Shown here piece after piece: positions 60,601 through 64,000 of a DNA stretch of 64,000 nucleotides (position 1 is its first letter; the number at the start of each line of letters is the position of its first letter). A model generated the notes under the pieces. It made no database searches. It saw only the letters and a program-made list of their open reading frames with translations, and had not been told where the DNA came from. The translations under genes and the position numbers were made by a program. Source of the DNA: an uncultured virus (IMG/VR IMGVR_UViG_3300010160_000040). Taxonomy: Duplodnaviria; Heunggongvirae; Uroviricota; Caudoviricetes; Crassvirales. The DNA is taken from IMG/VR virus record IMGVR_UViG_3300010160_000040. One strand, given 5' to 3'.

Positions 60601-62540
60601 TTATTATATGTGTCTTCTTTATGTAATGCGGGATTATATTCTGGAGTATTTTTATTTATATACTCTCTATCTTTAACAGTCATTAAATTATCATGAGTTA
60701 ATTCATGGGCAAATAAACTATTAACTAATTTAGGATTGTTTTGTACAAAATTCTTGTTTAAGTTTATTTGTTTATTACCTTTATTATCAATGTAACCTTC
60801 TCCATAGTTTTTTAAGTTCTCTACTACACTAGGAGTAACATTATAATTTGATTCATTGTAATATTTCTTATGTTGTTTAACACGTCTTTCTAATCTATTA
60901 GGATTTGTTATACCTAAATCTATATTTTGATTTCTTAATATGTTGTCATACATAGGTGAGTTATACCAACCTTTTACATACTCTGTAGCATTAGTAACAT
61001 CTGGAGCTTGTTCAGTCTTATTATTATCTAAACCATCTAACTGTCCTCCGTTTCTTAATTTAGATTTTACTGTTTCTACTATAGGTTTACCTATATCATC
61101 TTTAGCCTCAATTACTTCAGCAGTTCCTGATATATAGTTACCAGCTTCTCTAATTCCTTTTTTAATAGGAGTTACTATTTTATTAGGTATTCCTGCATTA
61201 AACATTTTTGTAGCTAATTTAGTAGCCATATTTTTACTAGCTATAAAACTTTTAAGTCCAGGAACTAATCCAATTGCTGCTCCAGTTTTATCTCCTTGGT
61301 GCATGTCCATAGCAGAGCCTGCAACAGCCATTATTGGATTAAACATACCTGCTACATCAGTTGTAAATTTTACCCCTTTTCTAACTTCTTCTTTTGTAAG
61401 AGGTTGTACAGGCATTTTATCTATACTTTTTAAAGTTCCCTTATTTTTATTTAAATTACTTTTTTGTATTAAAGTTTGATTTGGAATTACAGGATTGCTT
61501 ACTCTTGTATTATCTGAAATTTGAATTTCATTATATTTAAAACCTGTATGAAATTTATTAGCAACATTTTTATTTGTATATTTTTCTACTTGAGAATTTT
61601 TAACATTGGTTACAGTATTTTCTCTTTTATCCTTATTTTTTAAAGCAGTTTTATCTTTATCTTTTGAATAACTAGAAGATTTATTTATTTTTTTTTCTAA
61701 ATTATCACCTTCAAGAAACTTAGCTCTTTGAATTAATGCTTGATTTGGAATTACAGCAGCCTTTACTTTTGTATTATCTTGTATTGGATTATCCTCATCT
61801 AATCCATCTAACCATCCACCTTTTCTAAACTCTTGTCTTCCAGTATTATTACCTTTATTAATATACCCACTTGGCTTACCTTGTATTTTTAATGCTTTGC
61901 TTCCTGTATATAAAGTTTTTGGGTCCTTATATACAGGCTTAGTTGTTGGTTCAGTATAATAAGGATATATATACGGCCCATTATTACTAATACTTATATC
62001 TAAAGAAGCTGGATTTGTTTTCTTTTTAAAGTTTTCATCATAGTCCCCACTATTAATAATATATCCTACACCTATAGAATCTTGTTTACTCGCACTAATT
62101 TTTTTATCAATAAAAGCTTGAGATGCTTTAGGAAATATTTTTTTTACTTCATTAATTTTATTAATAGATGGATCCACTGTTTCACCTACAGTCGGTATAA
62201 CTTTACGATTAGTTTTATCTTTAATATGATACAATGGATTTACGCCCCAATTTTCACCCCAATCATATAAATATTTTTCAGGTTTAATTTCTGTATTAAG
62301 ACTTCCTGGACTTATTTTTTCATTTTTTTTTAAATCTTTTTTCCAAGTAAAATAATTATTATAAGATTCATTATATTCTTTAAGTGTATCACCTATATTA
62401 AGTTTATTTACTTCATCAGTAAAAAAACTAAAATTTTGTTTAGCTAAAGCAGTACTATCTTCATATGCTTGATTAGCTTTATCAAATTCTAATTTATCTC
62501 TATATACTTTAGTTCTTTGTTTTTTATTTTTATCAGGCAT
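57609..62540 (-). CDS. multi-module (polyvalent) virion protein with zincin HExxH and two peptidoglycan-binding-like segments
   Basis: AHELTH; DGYFGPDT and DGIYGPET; QWAHPG...ITMKGV.YPV module; xxNGG/xxGG linkers. Confidence 0.7.
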   Translation of the reverse strand: MPDKNKKQRTKVYRDKLEFDKANQAYEDSTALAKQNFSFFTDEVNKLNIGDTLKEYNESYNNYFTWKKDLKKNEKISPGSLNTEIKPEKYLYDWGENWGVNPLYHIKDKTNRKVIPTVGETVDPSINKINEVKKIFPKASQAFIDKKISASKQDSIGVGYIINSGDYDENFKKKTNPASLDISISNNGPYIYPYYTEPTTKPVYKDPKTLYTGSKALKIQGKPSGYINKGNNTGRQEFRKGGWLDGLDEDNPIQDNTKVKAAVIPNQALIQRAKFLEGDNLEKKINKSSSYSKDKDKTALKNKDKRENTVTNVKNSQVEKYTNKNVANKFHTGFKYNEIQISDNTRVSNPVIPNQTLIQKSNLNKNKGTLKSIDKMPVQPLTKEEVRKGVKFTTDVAGMFNPIMAVAGSAMDMHQGDKTGAAIGLVPGLKSFIASKNMATKLATKMFNAGIPNKIVTPIKKGIREAGNYISGTAEVIEAKDDIGKPIVETVKSKLRNGGQLDGLDNNKTEQAPDVTNATEYVKGWYNSPMYDNILRNQNIDLGITNPNRLERRVKQHKKYYNESNYNVTPSVVENLKNYGEGYIDNKGNKQINLNKNFVQNNPKLVNSLFAHELTHDNLMTVKDREYINKNTPEYNPALHKEDTYNKLTDPEEVRSQIHSIRQLSGENKIYDPLTQPFKKEYLDKVNESYNQGTKESEDYNQLQRLRQYYSDDQITEMMNTISKSNSNDGKVYAKNGGLLNSLSKKRFDMGGPVNDEENSDILPSWDAVKATLNPYNWGVDDYTKSGTRGQAFNAARKAGEEEFMWNNQRYNTRKDTDYIPYIGSNPNQKEYDNFLRKEYPEFFKTLNRGKNVGSITWKGASDKEPNRASIKPEQTNSNINVGENPESGHEFIDNIIAESSHLKDPKLFENIFNPYEYKTAYEYIRHGEERYKIPGTAEYDAHRLREPGMAMIAYGNLSPNNIKQIQKNLGVKDDGYFGPDTYKAMQSKYASNLNVKAALLEHKLRYRDNDKNPSNFGDDINLVRAYLREIESEVPFKNSGQLSNNLTANKDYTDNALNNIIPGSGDYNVKKLQTTLVNKGYKLPKSTTKYRTLDGTFDGIYGPETNKALLDYQSKNAKSKLRNGGWLDGLSNPNNVIEDNRGQWAHPGKVTKINSNQITMKGVNYPVLGVSDSGDTQMMKPGGEYNFKGKTVTEYPQKFQLGGFKGLSSNIPKNRLDAEAKEEAKRMNPVWTPVNNPQTQEVYQQGPKKGTATGKGALEPSYPELMLMPGSLPIKAASKLGKAAVVAAEALNPIGGMRNLKNNVISKSAAASSTVGNVLNETARPINGHMPGTPEWIRLNDIITSSRAAVTAATPKNSKLIHKAKELERNITIPILNSKPALKVREAILNKINENSVVSNSAFTPENLEAFKKSGLIHGEEGTLVSKEVASLYSNAPAGQGKLRAYLRGYLNNKQADIAETTFHSPNRSFSSHVSLPSDTNPVGEFKNFGFFSKNPISAGKTAVNLNKLISNIPGKWDFNPGSLSGDSYPIWAKIVNDKANPQFELINKGLTGMNTLGKHTKISKLLETNMKNGYNDPVKVDEFLKELEKIAGKTADKWNVPKESLMPDDTKGFIPDLSIKKKYKNGGKLNNNKSNWLDNLK
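59148..59187. repeat. 40-nt direct repeat, copy 1 (encodes KSKLRNGGWLDGL)
   Basis: 36/40 identical to 61029..61068 by manual alignment. Confidence 0.8.
61029..61068. repeat. 40-nt direct repeat, copy 2 (encodes KSKLRNGGQLDGL)
   Basis: 36/40 identical to 59148..59187; a partial third copy lies at ~61800-61820. Confidence 0.8.
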
Positions 62541-62543
62541 ATC

Positions 62544-64000
62544 TTAATGTATTGATTGTCTATAAAATGTTATAATTGGATGCAAAACTAATCTTTGGTT
62601 CTCTCTATTAGTAAAGCTTATTTCTGTTTGCAAATACATATCTCTTAATCTAGGTTTAGATAAAGTAGAATAAGTAGCATTAGTAATATCTCTTTGTATT
62701 TGTAATTTCCAATCTCTTTCTACTTTATTAATATTACTTTGCGGATACAAAGGTTGTAACAAAGTAGATTGATTCTCAGTTTTATGTTGTATTAAATCAA
62801 TAGTAACTAGATTTTGTAATACCCCATTAGTATCATATACTTCAGTTTGATATTGTTGATTATCCCAAACTTTAGTTTGTAATGGATTTTCATTAGTTAA
62901 GAACTTTAATTTACTTGGGAAGTAATCATCATAAAACTCTCCATAGTTACCTTTATTATGCCAGTAACATTTATCATCTCCTAAACTACTAAACACTCTA
63001 GTATTTAATTTAAAGTATATTTTAGGTTTAAAACTATAGAAGCTTTCAAATGCTTGCATCTTTTCATTGTAACCTAATGTAAAACTATTCTCAGGATTAA
63101 CTCTATCTAAGAATGTATAATATATTGTTTGATATTCTGTATCATATACACCGTGAACACCATTAAATAATTTATTAATGTTATTGTTAACACTTTGTAA
63201 TTTACTAAATAAACCTGAGTTATCAGATATACATTCTAATCCAGATTTATTTTGGTAAGGATTAGAATCAGCTACTTGAAATATCTTTTTAAGACTATCA
63301 TCATAATGATATATTGCCATATTAGTATTAATAACACTATACTGATGTGATGTACCAGTTTCCTTAGTAATGTAGTCATATCTTAATAATACTTTATTAT
63401 TACTTAAAACTATACTACCATCAGCTCCTTGGACAGCACCTCTTTCATTACTACTAGCAATACCTATTCCATTAGTTTGATAAAAGAATATTTTATTCTT
63501 ATTAACAACTAATTCTACAATAGGGCCTTGTGTACCTTCAACATCTAGATAATCTACAAATTGAAAATCTCTCCAACTATCAATTACTTCACCATCTATC
63601 TTAGGTTTAGAATGCCATATTCTATTAGTATATTGATCCACCTCATTAGCAAAAAACATACTAGGTGGAAAATACTTTTGAATATTATATTTTTGATGGA
63701 ATACATCATTGTATTTAAATTCAGATAATAAAAACCTTTCATTTCTTAATACTAGATTAGCAGTATCAGGACCATCTTTTTGTACACGCTTTCTAAACCT
63801 ATTATGAATTCCACCTCTAAGTAATGCTAAAGGAAGAACAGCTCCATATACCATTGTTCCTGCTATAACTCCCGCAACTTTAGCTGTTTTAGGTTTCTTT
63901 ATAAAATTAAAAAACTTACTTTGATCAGGATTGCTAATGCTTTCAGTTTTAAAATCAGAATTTTCTTTTAAATCATCTGGAGATAAACTAACAATTGGAT
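62544..64000 (-). CDS. tail stabilisation / muzzle protein (5' end outside the window)
   Basis: The frame stays open to the window edge. Beta-rich, with W..F...D.LDV..G.I, F.SFYSF.P and RLRD.Y motifs, in the position typical of crAss-like tail genes. Confidence 0.7.
   Translation of the reverse strand, partial: PIVSLSPDDLKENSDFKTESISNPDQSKFFNFIKKPKTAKVAGVIAGTMVYGAVLPLALLRGGIHNRFRKRVQKDGPDTANLVLRNERFLLSEFKYNDVFHQKYNIQKYFPPSMFFANEVDQYTNRIWHSKPKIDGEVIDSWRDFQFVDYLDVEGTQGPIVELVVNKNKIFFYQTNGIGIASSNERGAVQGADGSIVLSNNKVLLRYDYITKETGTSHQYSVINTNMAIYHYDDSLKKIFQVADSNPYQNKSGLECISDNSGLFSKLQSVNNNINKLFNGVHGVYDTEYQTIYYTFLDRVNPENSFTLGYNEKMQAFESFYSFKPKIYFKLNTRVFSSLGDDKCYWHNKGNYGEFYDDYFPSKLKFLTNENPLQTKVWDNQQYQTEVYDTNGVLQNLVTIDLIQHKTENQSTLLQPLYPQSNINKVERDWKLQIQRDITNATYSTLSKPRLRDMYLQTEISFTNRENQRLVLHPIITFYRQSIH

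Noticed and set aside
32312..62270. Short + strand ORFs inside the - strand giant genes, and short - strand ORFs inside + strand genes (e.g. 793..975, 26053..26391)
   Set aside because: They are fully antisense or out of frame to long genes, have L/S/F-rich shadow composition and show no motifs.
1..64000. Stop-codon reassignment (TAG or TGA), known in some crAss-like phages
   Set aside because: Very long ORFs are intact in the standard code, and TAG/TGA end genes at sensible positions. The two apparent breaks are explained by an intron and a frameshift.
1..64000. DGR reverse transcriptase or template repeat, CRISPR array, integrase or IS
   Set aside because: No RT motifs, no second copy of the VR, no regularly spaced repeats and no recombinase or transposase ORF were seen by eye.

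Overview
This window is a 64 kb piece of an AT-rich crAss-like phage genome (Crassvirales-type architecture). The host is probably Bacteroidota, inferred from gene content and from A-rich gene starts that mostly lack a Shine-Dalgarno sequence. It has two convergent blocks that meet at a bidirectional terminator (~32158-32197). The + strand (1-32155) carries small early/accessory genes, including an aberrant tRNA-like element and a DUF1566 gene ending in a DGR-type variable region. These are followed by a family A DNA polymerase split by an HNH-encoding group I intron, a ~10 kb amidoligase/ATP-grasp/glutamine-amidotransferase cluster, and replication and nucleotide genes (DnaB, RecT-like, SSB, primase, RusA, 5'-3' exonuclease, DUF5664, dUTPase, NrdJ, PhoH). 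The - strand (32200-64000) carries the tail stabilisation gene (cut by the window edge), cargo/ejection proteins, and giant virion proteins including a DxDxD RNA polymerase. Five signals stand out. (1) A -1 ribosomal frameshift cassette (A_AAA_AAG, stop, 11-bp stem) appends an unannotated lysozyme-like domain to a cargo protein. (2) Four consecutive, otherwise Cys-poor large virion proteins show a head-to-tail pattern of terminal cysteines, suggesting a covalently linked chain. (3) The expanded peptide-ligase cluster. (4) Repeated [FYL]xxGG linkers with DNA-level repeats segment the cargo proteins. (5) The DGR target has no RT or template repeat in the window. All family assignments are from motifs recognised by eye; no searches were run.
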